Notes: a model not told the origin generated them from the sequence alone. A stretch of 64,000 nt of DNA from Patescibacteria group bacterium (GCA_016176685.1 JACOWS010000003.1:10871-74870); one strand, 5' to 3'. Counted from the stretch's first letter, positions 17,931 to 27,643 are shown. Translations and numbers: made by a program.

Positions 17931-19025
17931 ATGTTCGGGCGGCTTTCAAGCTTCGTCCTCCTACAACCCCTGTTTTTTACAGTAGTCTTTTGCTTTTTCA
18001 TCCTACTTCCGGCATCTGTCCGAGCAGTGGAGGGCAGTTGCTCGTGGCATGGCGGAGTCAATTGTAGTATTGGCCCTGATTGGGATAGTAGTGCCATTTG
18101 TAACGATGCTTGGCCGGATAGCGGTGAGCTTTATTTTGAGCAGGCAAAGTGTAGCTCGACTCCAATGTGCACCCAGTATCTCTGGCAACAAATGTCGAAT
18201 ACTCCTGAGATGCAGGCTGACAAGAATAAGTTTTACGAACTTATAGACACAATCAACACTCTGAACATCGAGTATCCTATGATAGAGATTCGTATTCAAC
18301 AGGACTATGTTGGCAGAGGAGCAACTGCAAGTGGCATTGCCCCAATCATAAAAGGCGAACAAAAGAAGAATAGAGATGCTGCAACAGCGGCCACCTATGA
18401 AGCAACCATACTAGACCAGAAACTTCGGAGTGCACAACTTGGTATTAATAAGATTTGTATTGCTTCCGGCGTATCAGCACTACAGTCGCAGCAGACGCAG
18501 TCGACACCACAACCATCCCCAGTAGTGATACAACCGCCCCAGTCTCCAGATACATCAAATAGTCCGTATCAAAATATCAGAGAGCACAAAGTATATCGAG
18601 AAGTGATGGTTCAACACGACCTGAATCCAGATGCCAGTTGCAGTAAGTTGTCGCTAACTGGTGAAGACCTCGCGATGTGCTACGCCTATGATAATGATCC
18701 AAATAAAAATCAATGGACTGTTATTAATAAACCCGATACGACAGTCATTACTCCCACTAAAACTGTGCCTATAGTTGCAACTGTTGATCCAGCACCAAAT
18801 GTTCAGCCCTTCCTACCAAAACAACCAGTTACTGCCGCTCCGACAGTCAAAAAAACTCAAGCGTTGGCTGCTGTTGCGACCGCGTTGCCAATAAGCACAA
18901 CAACTGACACGACCGTTGTAACCATCACCCCTAAACAAGACGCAGTCTCAACACAAAAACCTCTATCTCTGTGGGAGAAAGTAGTTTCGCCATTCAAATA
19001 CCTCTGGGGAATGATATTTAGATAG
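17931..19025 (+). CDS. secreted hypothetical protein (Cys-rich N-terminal half, Thr/Pro/Val-rich C-terminal half)
   Basis: Signal peptide/TM (LLQPLFFTVVFCFFILLPASVRA). Nine Cys in the first ~70 mature residues. TPQPSPVVIQPPQSP low-complexity tail. Confidence 0.5.
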   Translation: MFGRLSSFVLLQPLFFTVVFCFFILLPASVRAVEGSCSWHGGVNCSIGPDWDSSAICNDAWPDSGELYFEQAKCSSTPMCTQYLWQQMSNTPEMQADKNKFYELIDTINTLNIEYPMIEIRIQQDYVGRGATASGIAPIIKGEQKKNRDAATAATYEATILDQKLRSAQLGINKICIASGVSALQSQQTQSTPQPSPVVIQPPQSPDTSNSPYQNIREHKVYREVMVQHDLNPDASCSKLSLTGEDLAMCYAYDNDPNKNQWTVINKPDTTVITPTKTVPIVATVDPAPNVQPFLPKQPVTAAPTVKKTQALAAVATALPISTTTDTTVVTITPKQDAVSTQKPLSLWEKVVSPFKYLWGMIFR

Positions 19026-19409
19026 ATTGAGCTGCGCATCTGGCTTGACTTTAGGCACAGAACGGCTATAATTCTGTCAGTTGTTCTCGTGCTTACAAAA
19101 AACTTGAAGCGGTCTACAGAGGTGATGTCAAAAAAGGCCACTTTTACGGCTTCAAGACCAACAGAATGCAATTCATCTACTAGGCAAGCCGTCAACTTTT
19201 TAGGCTGACCCACCAAACGGTGGTAGATACTGTGAGAGGCGGTATAACTTCTCAAAATCTCATGTGTGTCGGGGTTATGATTCCCTTCAAACAAATCATT
19301 TGGCACCTCAGAGGTAGGAATGTGTTGAGTTGGTAGTTCGATAGCACGCCTTTTTGGCGTTCTTATTGAGTTACCAAGTCAACATAATGCGTTAAGCAAG
19401 GTTGTTTTT

Positions 19410-19787
19410 GTGACTTACAAGAGGCGGCTATTGAATGCCGCTTTTTGCTTTATTCGGCTAGACAAAAGCAAAGCCCTTTTCTGGCTTTGCAGGTCTCTAG
19501 CCGAGCCTGCACAGCCAAAAGTGGACTTACTTATCACGCAGGCACAGATTCATATGAGTGGAATCATTGTGCGCATTACTCCTTCTGGAGATTATGTCCT
19601 AGTTCTAGTTCGGTTAGAGGATGGGCGATACGGGCGCACCTACACAGGAGAGAGTTACAGGAATTACCAACTTTGGCGGGAGCTAAAAGTTGGTGACTTG
19701 GTAGCCGGACTTCGTTGGAAGCGGGAAGGTCAGTTGATTATAGATGCTGATTCGCCTGTTCACTTGGCTCAGGACGCTCTGCTGTAG
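19410..19787 (+). CDS. hypothetical protein
   Basis: 125 aa ORF in the accessory block. No family recognised. Confidence 0.3.
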   Translation: MTYKRRLLNAAFCFIRLDKSKALFWLCRSLAEPAQPKVDLLITQAQIHMSGIIVRITPSGDYVLVLVRLEDGRYGRTYTGESYRNYQLWRELKVGDLVAGLRWKREGQLIIDADSPVHLAQDALL

Positions 19788-19905
19788 CCTATGTTGAGCA
19801 CTAAGGCGTGTAGAGAGCATCTAGCGGATATGCCGCTCACAGACGCGCAGGTTGAACGCCTGCGGGATGCTCTTTATGCCTTGGTCGAGAATGTGCCGTT
19901 AACTA

Positions 19906-20829
19906 GTCAGCACCTTTGCAACACTTCAAGTGGCGTTTGATAATTGATGCCCCTGTGCGAACGCTTCCCATTGTAATACGGCAAGTAGTCTGCAAGAGCG
20001 GCCGCAAAGTGAATGAGCGTATGCGTCGTACGGTCCAAGCACTCCTCCTGCACGGTGCGATTGAACCGCTCAATGTGCGCGTTGTCGTTGGATTGCCTCA
20101 CTCGAGAGTGCCGGTGCGTCAAACCTGCAAGCCATAGTCCCTGTGTAAACGAAATTGAAAACTCTGGCCCATGATCGGTCTGCACCATCTCAAAGGCAAA
20201 GGTAGCTGCAGCCCTTGCTCTGCGGACAAACTCCACCGATGCATGCGCCGATATCTTTTCCGCAACTTCCGCATATGCCCAGCGCGAGTACAAATCAATG
20301 AGCGTGTAGACGTAGAGCCTGCTCCCGTCCGGCAACACGAAATGTACCGTATCGCATTGCAGCAAAGCCCCCGGATGGGTTACTTCGGGTCGTTCGGTGT
20401 AGTCATGCGGCCGTTTCCACGGGCTTCTTTCTTTGAGCAAATGGGTGCGCTCCAACGTGCGCTGCACGGATGACAGCGACACGACCAAACCTTCCTTTTT
20501 AAGCTCATGATGCACGACCTGCCCACACCGACGATGCCCCAACCTCTTCTTGATGATCGCCGTCACCACTTCTTTTGTGAGCGCATTGGGATGCGTTTTG
20601 GGAGCCGATGATTTGGTCGGTATTTCGTGCCAGCCGGTCGCCCACGGATGCTTGCACCACCGTGAGATGGTGCTTGGCTCAACCCCAACATGCCGCGCCA
20701 CATCTCGCATCGACCAGCCTCGGTACTTCACCAATCGCACTGCGTCCCTGCGCACTTTCCCGAGGTGCGGGTTAGTTGTGTATGCCATACCTAGTGATTT
20801 TAGCCCCTAGGTGTTGCGAAGGTGCTGAC
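19906..20829 (-). mobile_element. IS481-family insertion sequence (~924 bp) with 19-bp terminal inverted repeats GTCAGCACCTT(T/C)GCAACAC
   Basis: IRs read at 19906-19924 and, as the complement, at 20811-20829 with one mismatch. They enclose the transposase ORF. Confidence 0.7.
19907..20788 (-). CDS. IS481-family DDE transposase (rve integrase core)
   Basis: N-terminal HTH (MRDVARHVGVEPSTISRW). DDE core LQCDTVH...LIDLYSRW...QTDHGPEF...YNGKRSHRGINYQTPLE. Confidence 0.8.
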   Translation of the reverse strand: MAYTTNPHLGKVRRDAVRLVKYRGWSMRDVARHVGVEPSTISRWCKHPWATGWHEIPTKSSAPKTHPNALTKEVVTAIIKKRLGHRRCGQVVHHELKKEGLVVSLSSVQRTLERTHLLKERSPWKRPHDYTERPEVTHPGALLQCDTVHFVLPDGSRLYVYTLIDLYSRWAYAEVAEKISAHASVEFVRRARAAATFAFEMVQTDHGPEFSISFTQGLWLAGLTHRHSRVRQSNDNAHIERFNRTVQEECLDRTTHTLIHFAAALADYLPYYNGKRSHRGINYQTPLEVLQRC

Positions 20830-20879
20830 ACATTACGTGTGCTTGACGATTATATAAAAAAAGCTGATACAGTTGAGCT

Positions 20880-22424
20880 ATGCAAAAAGCAATTATCTAC
20901 TGCCGAGTATCCTCTGAGCGACAAAAGACCGAAGGCCACGGGCTTGATAGCCAAGAGCATCGCTGTCGCGAGCTAGCGAGCCAGAAGGGCTATGAGGTGG
21001 AGCGAGTCTTTAGAGACAGCTTCTCCGGCGGCGGCGACTATACCAAGCGCCCTGCGATGTCCGAGTTGCTCGCCTACATGGACGGCAAGCCTTACAACAG
21101 TTATGTCGTCATCTTTGACGACCTCAAGCGTCTTGCGCGTGATACCGAGCAATACATCAAACTTAAACGCGCACTAGAGCTTCGCAGGGCTGTCGTGGAG
21201 TGTCCCAACTTTGTCTTTACTGCTTCGCCGGAGGGGCAATATGTGGAGACGATTATGGCGGCCACAGCACAGCTAGAGCGCGAGCAGAATCGTAGGCAGG
21301 TAATGCAAAAGATGAAAGCACGGCTAGAGCTTGGCTATTGGACTTTTCCCGATGTGCCTAAGGGATATGTTTACAAGAGAGACCCTGTGCAGGGCATGTT
21401 GCCAGTGTTTGTGCCGCAGAAAGCGGAGATAGTTAAAGAGGCGCTGGAGGGCTTCGCCTCTGGGCGGTTTATGGAGCAGGAAGATGTTAGACGATTCCTC
21501 GCAGAGAAAGATGCTCGGGACGGCAAGCCTGTTTACTTGTCATGGGTTAAGAGACTGCTGACGAAAGTGTTCTACGCTGGCTATGTTGAATATCAGCCGT
21601 GGGAGGTAAGTAGGCGGCTAGCTAAGCATGAACCACTTATTGACCTAGCGACATTCGAGCGCATACAAGAACGGTTAGAGGGCAGAACCACAACGCACAC
21701 GAAAAAGATTCTTAACGAAGACTTTCCGTTGCGGAGCTTTGTGCTTTGCGCCGACTGTAAGCAACCCTACACTGCAAGCTGGACGAAAGGGCGAAGTCGC
21801 AAATTCCCTTATTACTGGTGCAAGACAAAGGGCTGCCCAAAGCGATACAAGAGCACCGCTAAAAAAGTGATAGAAGAAGAATTTGAGGCTATCCTCGCAA
21901 AGATACAGCCGAGCAAGCAAGTGCTGAGTCTAACGAAAGATATTGTCGCGGATGTCTGGCGAAAAAAGATTGCTGATAGGGTATGGCAGAAGGAAAGGCT
22001 GGTTAGGGAAGTTGAACAAACTGAACAAGAGCGTGCAAGGTTTGTGCAGTTAGTATCGAGGGCAACAGACCAGAGCGTTGTGGCGACCTACGAGCAACGG
22101 ATAGGTGCATTGGTGGAAAAGGAGCTGATTCTAAAAGATTCCCTGATGTCCTTGGCCGAACATGCTCCAAACATTGAAACCGCCATGGATATTGTTTTCG
22201 ACTTCCTCAAAAACCCTTTAGAGCAATGGAAGAAGGGCAATATCCATACTAAAAAGCTGGTTCTAAAGCTTGTGTTCGAGGAGAATCTTGCCCATGACAA
22301 AAATAGCGGGTTTGAAACCGCTATTCTGTCCTTGCCCCTAAGGGTATTTACCCTCCCAGAGGCTCAAAAAGGGCTGCTAGTGGAGATGGGCGGAGTTGAA
22401 CCGCCGTGCAACAAAGGTTCGTGA
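20880..22424 (+). CDS. large serine recombinase (resolvase domain + recombinase domain + zinc ribbon)
   Basis: AIIYCRVSSERQ catalytic-Ser resolvase N-terminus. CADCKQPY...YYWCKTKGC zinc-ribbon region. Coiled-coil C-terminus. Its last ~43 nt overlap the tmRNA 3' end. Confidence 0.8.
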   Translation: MQKAIIYCRVSSERQKTEGHGLDSQEHRCRELASQKGYEVERVFRDSFSGGGDYTKRPAMSELLAYMDGKPYNSYVVIFDDLKRLARDTEQYIKLKRALELRRAVVECPNFVFTASPEGQYVETIMAATAQLEREQNRRQVMQKMKARLELGYWTFPDVPKGYVYKRDPVQGMLPVFVPQKAEIVKEALEGFASGRFMEQEDVRRFLAEKDARDGKPVYLSWVKRLLTKVFYAGYVEYQPWEVSRRLAKHEPLIDLATFERIQERLEGRTTTHTKKILNEDFPLRSFVLCADCKQPYTASWTKGRSRKFPYYWCKTKGCPKRYKSTAKKVIEEEFEAILAKIQPSKQVLSLTKDIVADVWRKKIADRVWQKERLVREVEQTEQERARFVQLVSRATDQSVVATYEQRIGALVEKELILKDSLMSLAEHAPNIETAMDIVFDFLKNPLEQWKKGNIHTKKLVLKLVFEENLAHDKNSGFETAILSLPLRVFTLPEAQKGLLVEMGGVEPPCNKGS

Positions 22425-22769
22425 GTGCTTCTACAAGGCGTAGGCCATTTATCCGCCTTACGGCGGGTCTTTACCTGCGTGTGTGTGCAGTGGCCAAAAC
22501 CACACGCGGATGCAGATTCCAAGTTTCGGCTAGTGGCGAAATCAGGTCCACCAGTTATATCCTGTTTTATAACACTCGGCCTCTTCCATCAGGAAAGGGA
22601 GAGCGAATGTGACCTTAGGCTCGCGCAGTGGCGAACGAGAGATCATTCACCGAGAAATACGGTGATGCAACTGACTTGGCAGTTATTGTTTTGGAGCTTT
22701 TTATGCAGGTCTCCACTGCAGCCTCGCACAACAAACGAGTATCTCTATTGTCTAGGCCTGGCATCCCCG
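22381..22769 (-). ncRNA. ssrA: tmRNA (ssrA), hand-reconstructed
   Basis: Minus-strand 5' end GGGGATG pairs with the 3' CATCTCC-A, giving a G3-U70 wobble. The 3' T-arm GGCGGTTCAACTCCGCC matches E. coli tmRNA (GCGGGUUCAACUCCCGC). A GCC resume-like codon lies ~nt 89, and an in-frame ORF ends ...NDLSFATARA-TAA (stop complement at 22615-22617). smpB is adjacent. CCA is not encoded. Confidence 0.7.
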
Positions 22770-22915
22770 AGTAGGGTACAAGGCTTCAGTCAAAATCAAA
22801 TCTTAAAGCCACCAGAATTTTCTTGCTAGAAAATTCCTATGCCTCGCACCGTCGTGCTCAGCGTCATTGGCTTTCAGATTTATTTTGCCTTCCGCCCTAC
22901 TCGGGACGGCCTAAA

Positions 22916-23359
22916 CTATTCGTCTTTCAAGGTTCTGCGCATCTCGCGCTCGGTGTCTCTTTCCTTCAGCACGGCGCGCTTGTCGTACTTTTTGCGGCCG
23001 CGCGCGACCGCTATCCGTACCTTTAGTTTGCTTTTTTTATTGTACACCGAAAGTGGGATAATTGTCAAGCCTTTCTGGCCTTCAAAAACGGCCAGCTCGG
23101 CTATTTCTTTTTTAGTAAGGAGGAGTTTGCGAGTGCGTGCCGGGTCATACTCTTTGGGGGTATTTTTTGGTTGGTAGGGAGGAACAGACATGCCGGTAAT
23201 GTATGCCTCGCCGCCGCGCACTATCACGTGCGAGCCCTCCAATTTGCCGTGATGCGCGCGCAAGCTTTTGACCTCATGGCCAAGCAGCTCTATGCCAGCC
23301 TCGTATTCCTCAAGGACTTCATAATCAAACCGTGCCTTTTTATGCTCTACCAAGTTCAT
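22916..23359 (-). CDS. smpB: SsrA-binding protein SmpB
   Basis: MNLVEHKKARFDYEVLEEYEAGIELLGHEVKSLR... matches SmpB. Confidence 0.9.
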   Translation of the reverse strand: MNLVEHKKARFDYEVLEEYEAGIELLGHEVKSLRAHHGKLEGSHVIVRGGEAYITGMSVPPYQPKNTPKEYDPARTRKLLLTKKEIAELAVFEGQKGLTIIPLSVYNKKSKLKVRIAVARGRKKYDKRAVLKERDTEREMRRTLKDE

Positions 23360-23424
23360 GCAAAAACTATAGCATCACTCGACCGTTTTTACTTATTTTG
23401 CTCGGAATGGTATAGTCTTTCCAC

Positions 23425-25395
23425 ATGGCCGGGCCAGGAAATACTCAAGGCGGCGGCAAGCGGCCAAACCGCCGCATGCCGCACATAAACCCGCGCGGGA
23501 TGTTCCCGCGGCGCGACTCGTTTTGGGCCAACCTGCTTACCAGTGTGGCGCTGTTGCTGTTGCTTACCGCCGGCTATGCCTACCTGACAGAAAGCAATAC
23601 CAGTACCCCCGAGACGATCGCTATTTCCCAGCTGGCGCTTGATGTAAGCGCGGGCAGCGTTGCCACCATTGTGGTAGACGGCAACAATCTGGCTGTTACC
23701 TATAACGACGAAGCCAAAACAGAAAAGATTTCCAAAAAAGAGCCAGACGCGGCGCTGACCGAAACGCTGACAAACTACGGCGTTTCCAAAGAGGCGCTCA
23801 GCAAAGTCTCGATAGACATCAAAAAACAGAGCGCGTGGCAGTTTTGGCTCTCTGCGCTGGCACCGTTCTTGGCGCCTCTGCTTTTGATCGCATTTTTTGT
23901 GTGGTACCTCTCCCGCCAGGTAAAGGGTGCGGGGATGCAGGCGTTTTCCTTCGGCCAGAGTAAGCCGCGGCTGACCGACCCCAATGACGCTGCCTCGCGC
24001 GTGACCTTTAAGGATGTCGCTGGGGCCAAAGAGGCGAAGGAGGAGCTCTTGGAGATAGTAGACTTCCTTAAAAATCCTAAAAAGTTTTTGGACATCGGGG
24101 CGCGCATCCCCAAGGGCATTTTGCTTATGGGTGCGCCCGGCACGGGGAAGACCTTGCTTGCGCGCGCGGTCGCAGGCGAGGCGGGGGTGCCGTTTTTCTC
24201 TATCTCGGGCTCGGAGTTTGTGGAGATGTTCGTGGGGGTTGGCGCCAGCCGCGTACGCGACCTCTTTATGACCGCCAAAAAAGCGGCGCCGGCTATTATA
24301 TTTGTCGACGAGATAGACGCGGTGGGCCGTGTGCGCGGCACCGGGGTAGGAGGCGGCAACGACGAGCGCGAGCAGACACTCAACCAGATTTTGGTCGAGA
24401 TGGACGGCTTTGAGCCAAACGAAAAAGTTATTGTCATGGCCGCAACCAACCGCCCAGATGTTTTGGACCCGGCGCTCTTGCGCCCCGGCCGCTTCGACCG
24501 ACGGGTGGTTATAGAGTTGCCGGACCGTGGCGACCGTTTGGAGATTTTAAAAATTCACGCGCGCAAAAAGCCGCTGGCCGAGGATGTTAATTTGGAAGTG
24601 GTAGCCGAGCGCACCCCGGGCTTCTCGGGTGCCGACCTCTACTCTCTGATGAACGAGGCCGCAATTTTAGCCGCACGGGAAAACCGCAAGAGCGTGGCAC
24701 AGTACGACCTGATCCGCTCTATAGAAAAGGTGATGCTCGGCCCTGAACGCCGCAGCCACGTGCTCAACAAAAAGGAGAAAGAGATTACTGCTTACCACGA
24801 GGCGGGGCACGCGCTGGTAGCAAGCGTTTTGCCCTATGCCGACCCGGTACACAAAATTTCAATCATTTCCCGCGGGCGCGCGGCCGGCTACACGCTCAAG
24901 CTACCGCTTGAGGACAAAAGGATGCAGAGCAGGCGCGAGTTTTTGGACGACATCGCGATGTCTTTGGGCGGCTATGTGGCGGAAAAGATGGTGTTTGGCG
25001 ACGTGACCACGGGCCCTTCAAACGACCTGCAGGTGTTGACCGCGCTCGCGCGCGACATGGTTGCCCGCTATGGCATGAGTGACAAAATGGGCACCGTAGC
25101 GCTTGAAGGCGAGGGCGGCCGCGCCTTGTTTGGCCGCGGGGTGGAAGCTCACGAATATTCGGAAAAGGTGTCGGCCGAGATAGACGCCGAAGTTAAGAAA
25201 ATAATAGACGAGGCGTATAAAAAGGCCTCCGACATTATCACCAAACACCGCACGCTCTTGGATGCCATTGCGCGCCGCCTTGTGGAGGTGGAAACCATAG
25301 AGCGCGAAGAGTTTGAGAAAATACTTATTGCACACGGCATTACCCCAAAGAAAAAAGAGGAGATAGCGGTAGAGCCAAAAGTAGTGAATTTCTAA
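23425..25395 (+). CDS. ftsH: ATP-dependent zinc metalloprotease FtsH
   Basis: AAA module ([22 protein letters not shown]), second region of homology, HEAGHAL zinc site. The true start may be an internal Met; the N-terminus is Arg/Pro-rich. Confidence 0.9.
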   Translation: MAGPGNTQGGGKRPNRRMPHINPRGMFPRRDSFWANLLTSVALLLLLTAGYAYLTESNTSTPETIAISQLALDVSAGSVATIVVDGNNLAVTYNDEAKTEKISKKEPDAALTETLTNYGVSKEALSKVSIDIKKQSAWQFWLSALAPFLAPLLLIAFFVWYLSRQVKGAGMQAFSFGQSKPRLTDPNDAASRVTFKDVAGAKEAKEELLEIVDFLKNPKKFLDIGARIPKGILLMGAPGTGKTLLARAVAGEAGVPFFSISGSEFVEMFVGVGASRVRDLFMTAKKAAPAIIFVDEIDAVGRVRGTGVGGGNDEREQTLNQILVEMDGFEPNEKVIVMAATNRPDVLDPALLRPGRFDRRVVIELPDRGDRLEILKIHARKKPLAEDVNLEVVAERTPGFSGADLYSLMNEAAILAARENRKSVAQYDLIRSIEKVMLGPERRSHVLNKKEKEITAYHEAGHALVASVLPYADPVHKISIISRGRAAGYTLKLPLEDKRMQSRREFLDDIAMSLGGYVAEKMVFGDVTTGPSNDLQVLTALARDMVARYGMSDKMGTVALEGEGGRALFGRGVEAHEYSEKVSAEIDAEVKKIIDEAYKKASDIITKHRTLLDAIARRLVEVETIEREEFEKILIAHGITPKKKEEIAVEPKVVNF

Positions 25396-25424
25396 CCCAG
25401 ACCAGCGCGACGAGAAAAAGAGAC

Positions 25425-25454
25425 CCCCAGCCGCGCGCATGCGCGCGGCTGGGG
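25425..25454. terminator. bidirectional rho-independent terminator (CCCCAGCCGCGCGC-AT-GCGCGCGGCTGGGG) between convergent ftsH and the 25475-25858 gene
   Basis: GC hairpin flanked by an A-run upstream and CTTTTCGTGTTC downstream. Confidence 0.6.
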
Positions 25455-25474
25455 ACTTTTCGTGTTCGTGGAGA

Positions 25475-25858
25475 TCAGTCGCCATTGACCCAGAGAATCT
25501 GGATCCCCTGGCAGGCAGGGCAGCGGAAGGCAATGGGTGGGTTATATCGCCCCTGGTGCTCTGGTTTTTTGCGCTCCTTCTCCGCCTCAATGTCGTTTTT
25601 CTTGGCGCGTGCCAGCGACGTGTCGTCAGCCGGGCAGACCGGCGATTTGGACACCGAACGCTCCTTGTCGCACACAGAGCATTTGTAGGTAACCAACCAG
25701 AAATCCTCGTGAAAGTTGTTGACCTGCCGGCTAAAGCGCCAGTTATGCTCGCATTCTTCCTGAGCGGTGTGGATTGCGGCAATAGCTTTCGCAATAATCT
25801 CGTGCCCTTGCTGAATACATTTCCAAGCATCGGCGATACGGCTCGCTGTGTCTTTCAT
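25475..25858 (-). CDS. hypothetical zinc-ribbon protein (two CxxC pairs)
   Basis: CSVCDKE...CPACQG motifs. I took the start at the MKDTASR Met; the table ORF extends to 25933. Confidence 0.4.
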   Translation of the reverse strand: MKDTASRIADAWKCIQQGHEIIAKAIAAIHTAQEECEHNWRFSRQVNNFHEDFWLVTYKCSVCDKERSVSKSPVCPADDTSLARAKKNDIEAEKERKKPEHQGRYNPPIAFRCPACQGIQILWVNGD

Positions 25859-25957
25859 CGGCTTTCTCCATTCAGAGTGTGAGGAACCCGAGCGTACATT
25901 AGCATAAGGTGTAAAAAATGGAACCCCGGCCATGGGCCGGGGTAGTTGCTCGCTCGC

Positions 25958-26437
25958 TCACGAATCAGACTTCGGGAGTGCGCGGCTCCATAGGTGCGGA
26001 GGAACCCGGAGAGGATATCTCCCCAAAAATGACAGCGCTTCTTTATCTTGGCGGCATATCATTTCTTTTTTCTTGGCTGGCAGCGCCTTGTACTCGGCCG
26101 AGTCCTCATAAGCTTTAGAGCCGAATATGTAGATTGCCAACGGAGGCAGGTACCCTCCCATGTCCTGTGTTGAAAGAAGATCCGTCTCTTTCAAAAGCCA
26201 CCCGAGACTCCAAAACTCCACACCGACAGCGCCGCGCTTCTGATCATACAGGGGATAGGCAAGGTCGTGGAGGTGTGTCGGCAAGACATGCCTCATGACA
26301 CATTCTTCTTTTCTCGGGTCAAATCCTGGTAGGAAGCAGTCGAGGATGTGCATTGAGCCGTGCCATAGAATTTTTTCTCCCCGTTCTACCGCCTTCAGCC
26401 ACTCTATTTGTGCCGGGTGGGTGTCCAAGGTTACCAT
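25958..26437 (-). CDS. hypothetical protein
   Basis: Protein-like ORF between the zinc-ribbon gene and pyrB. Start placed at the MVTLDTHPAQ Met. No family recognised. Confidence 0.35.
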   Translation of the reverse strand: MVTLDTHPAQIEWLKAVERGEKILWHGSMHILDCFLPGFDPRKEECVMRHVLPTHLHDLAYPLYDQKRGAVGVEFWSLGWLLKETDLLSTQDMGGYLPPLAIYIFGSKAYEDSAEYKALPAKKKEMICRQDKEALSFLGRYPLRVPPHLWSRALPKSDS

Positions 26438-26533
26438 GGAGGCATCTCCTTGTGTGCTGTTGAAGAACCCACAGCAGGATACCATAAAAAAGAGTAGCCC
26501 GTCGCACGACATGTCGTGCGACGGGCCCTGCCT

Positions 26534-27493
26534 CTATTCCCCGAGTATCATTTCAAGCAGCGCTTTGCGGATTTGGAGTCCGTTGTCCGCTTGCCGGAAG
26601 TACGCCGCCTGTGGGAGAAGGTCGACTGCCGGATCGATTTCGTCAACCTTAGGCAGGGGGTGCATAATCCTTGCTTCTGGCCGCATGCGCTCGGCGAGCG
26701 ATACAGTGAGTCGATACGAACCCTTAAGTCGCTCGTACGCGGCTGGGTCGCTGAAGCGCTCTTTTTGCACCCGAGTCATATAGACGATGTCTACCGACTC
26801 GACCACCTTACCAAGATCGGTCCCAAGTGTAACGTCCACCTTATGTCTCTTGAGATAGGCAATAATATCATTTCCGATCATGAGTTCCCACGGAGCAATA
26901 AAGTGTATCTGGTTCCCGGGGAACTTGCCGAGCAGGTAGGCCAGAGACCGGACAGTACGCCCATGCTTGAGGTCGCCAACCATGGCTACGGTTAGGCCCT
27001 CAGTCCTACTGATCTCCTTTTTTATGGTATAGAGATCGAGGAGAGACTGTGTCGGATGTTGTCCTCCGACCCCGCCGCACCCGGCGTTTATGACCGGCAC
27101 CCAGATATTGTTGCTCTGCAGGATGTCCCGCGCCCGCATTGCCGCGGTGTCTTCTTGATGGCGCAGGATAATGGCATCTCCATAGGACGCAATAACTCGG
27201 ATACTGTCCTCGAGTGTCTCTCCCTTTGCAACCGAGGAAAGAATCGACGCATTTTCAGTGTCGAGCCGAGTGCCACCAAGGTCGTCGACCGCCGCTTCGA
27301 ACGAGAAGCGCGTCCGCGTACTCACTTCGTAAAAAAGTAGGATGACACGCTTGTTCCGTAACGCGCTGTTGCGCCTTCCTCGTGGGAGTTTGTCCGCGCG
27401 ATCAAAGATGTCTTTGAGCAGGCCGCAGTCGAAGTCTTGCGACCATATGATAGACTGCCCACGCAGTCGGTGGGGCGCCACTTTTTCCAACAT
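26534..27493 (-). CDS. pyrB: aspartate carbamoyltransferase catalytic subunit
   Basis: STRTR carbamoyl-phosphate motif (EVSTRTRFSFE) and HPLP motif (IMHPLPKVDEI), consistent with ATCase rather than OTCase. Confidence 0.8.
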   Translation of the reverse strand: MLEKVAPHRLRGQSIIWSQDFDCGLLKDIFDRADKLPRGRRNSALRNKRVILLFYEVSTRTRFSFEAAVDDLGGTRLDTENASILSSVAKGETLEDSIRVIASYGDAIILRHQEDTAAMRARDILQSNNIWVPVINAGCGGVGGQHPTQSLLDLYTIKKEISRTEGLTVAMVGDLKHGRTVRSLAYLLGKFPGNQIHFIAPWELMIGNDIIAYLKRHKVDVTLGTDLGKVVESVDIVYMTRVQKERFSDPAAYERLKGSYRLTVSLAERMRPEARIMHPLPKVDEIDPAVDLLPQAAYFRQADNGLQIRKALLEMILGE

Positions 27494-27571
27494 AGTATCC
27501 TCCGTTGTTTGCTAAAGAACCCACGGCAGGATAGCACGGAAAGCGCATTTAGAGTACAGTAAAAAGCGCAC

Positions 27572-27643
27572 GGGCGCGTAGCTCAATGGTAGAGCCCTCG
27601 TCTTATACACGAGTGGTTGTAGGTTCGAGTCCTACCGCGCCCA
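27572..27643 (+). tRNA. tRNA-Ile with anticodon UAU (decodes AUA)
   Basis: Manual cloverleaf: GGGCGCG-TA-GCTC-AATGGTA-GAGC-C-CTCGT-CTTATAC-ACGAG-TGGTT-GTAGG-TTCGAGT-CCTAC-CGCGCCC-A. 72 nt, U33 and A37 present. Anticodon TAT. No encoded CCA. Confidence 0.7.

Noticed and set aside
18857-19306. 149-aa minus-strand ORF overlapping the end of the 17931-19025 gene
   Set aside because: Overlaps a better-supported secreted-protein gene. Only its first ~90 codons are unique and no family is recognised. Possibly a small real gene, but unsupported.
22406-22829. Two small plus-strand ORFs (68 aa and 134 aa)
   Set aside because: They lie inside or antisense to the tmRNA gene.
23775-24449. 224-aa minus-strand ORF
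   Set aside because: Antisense to ftsH.
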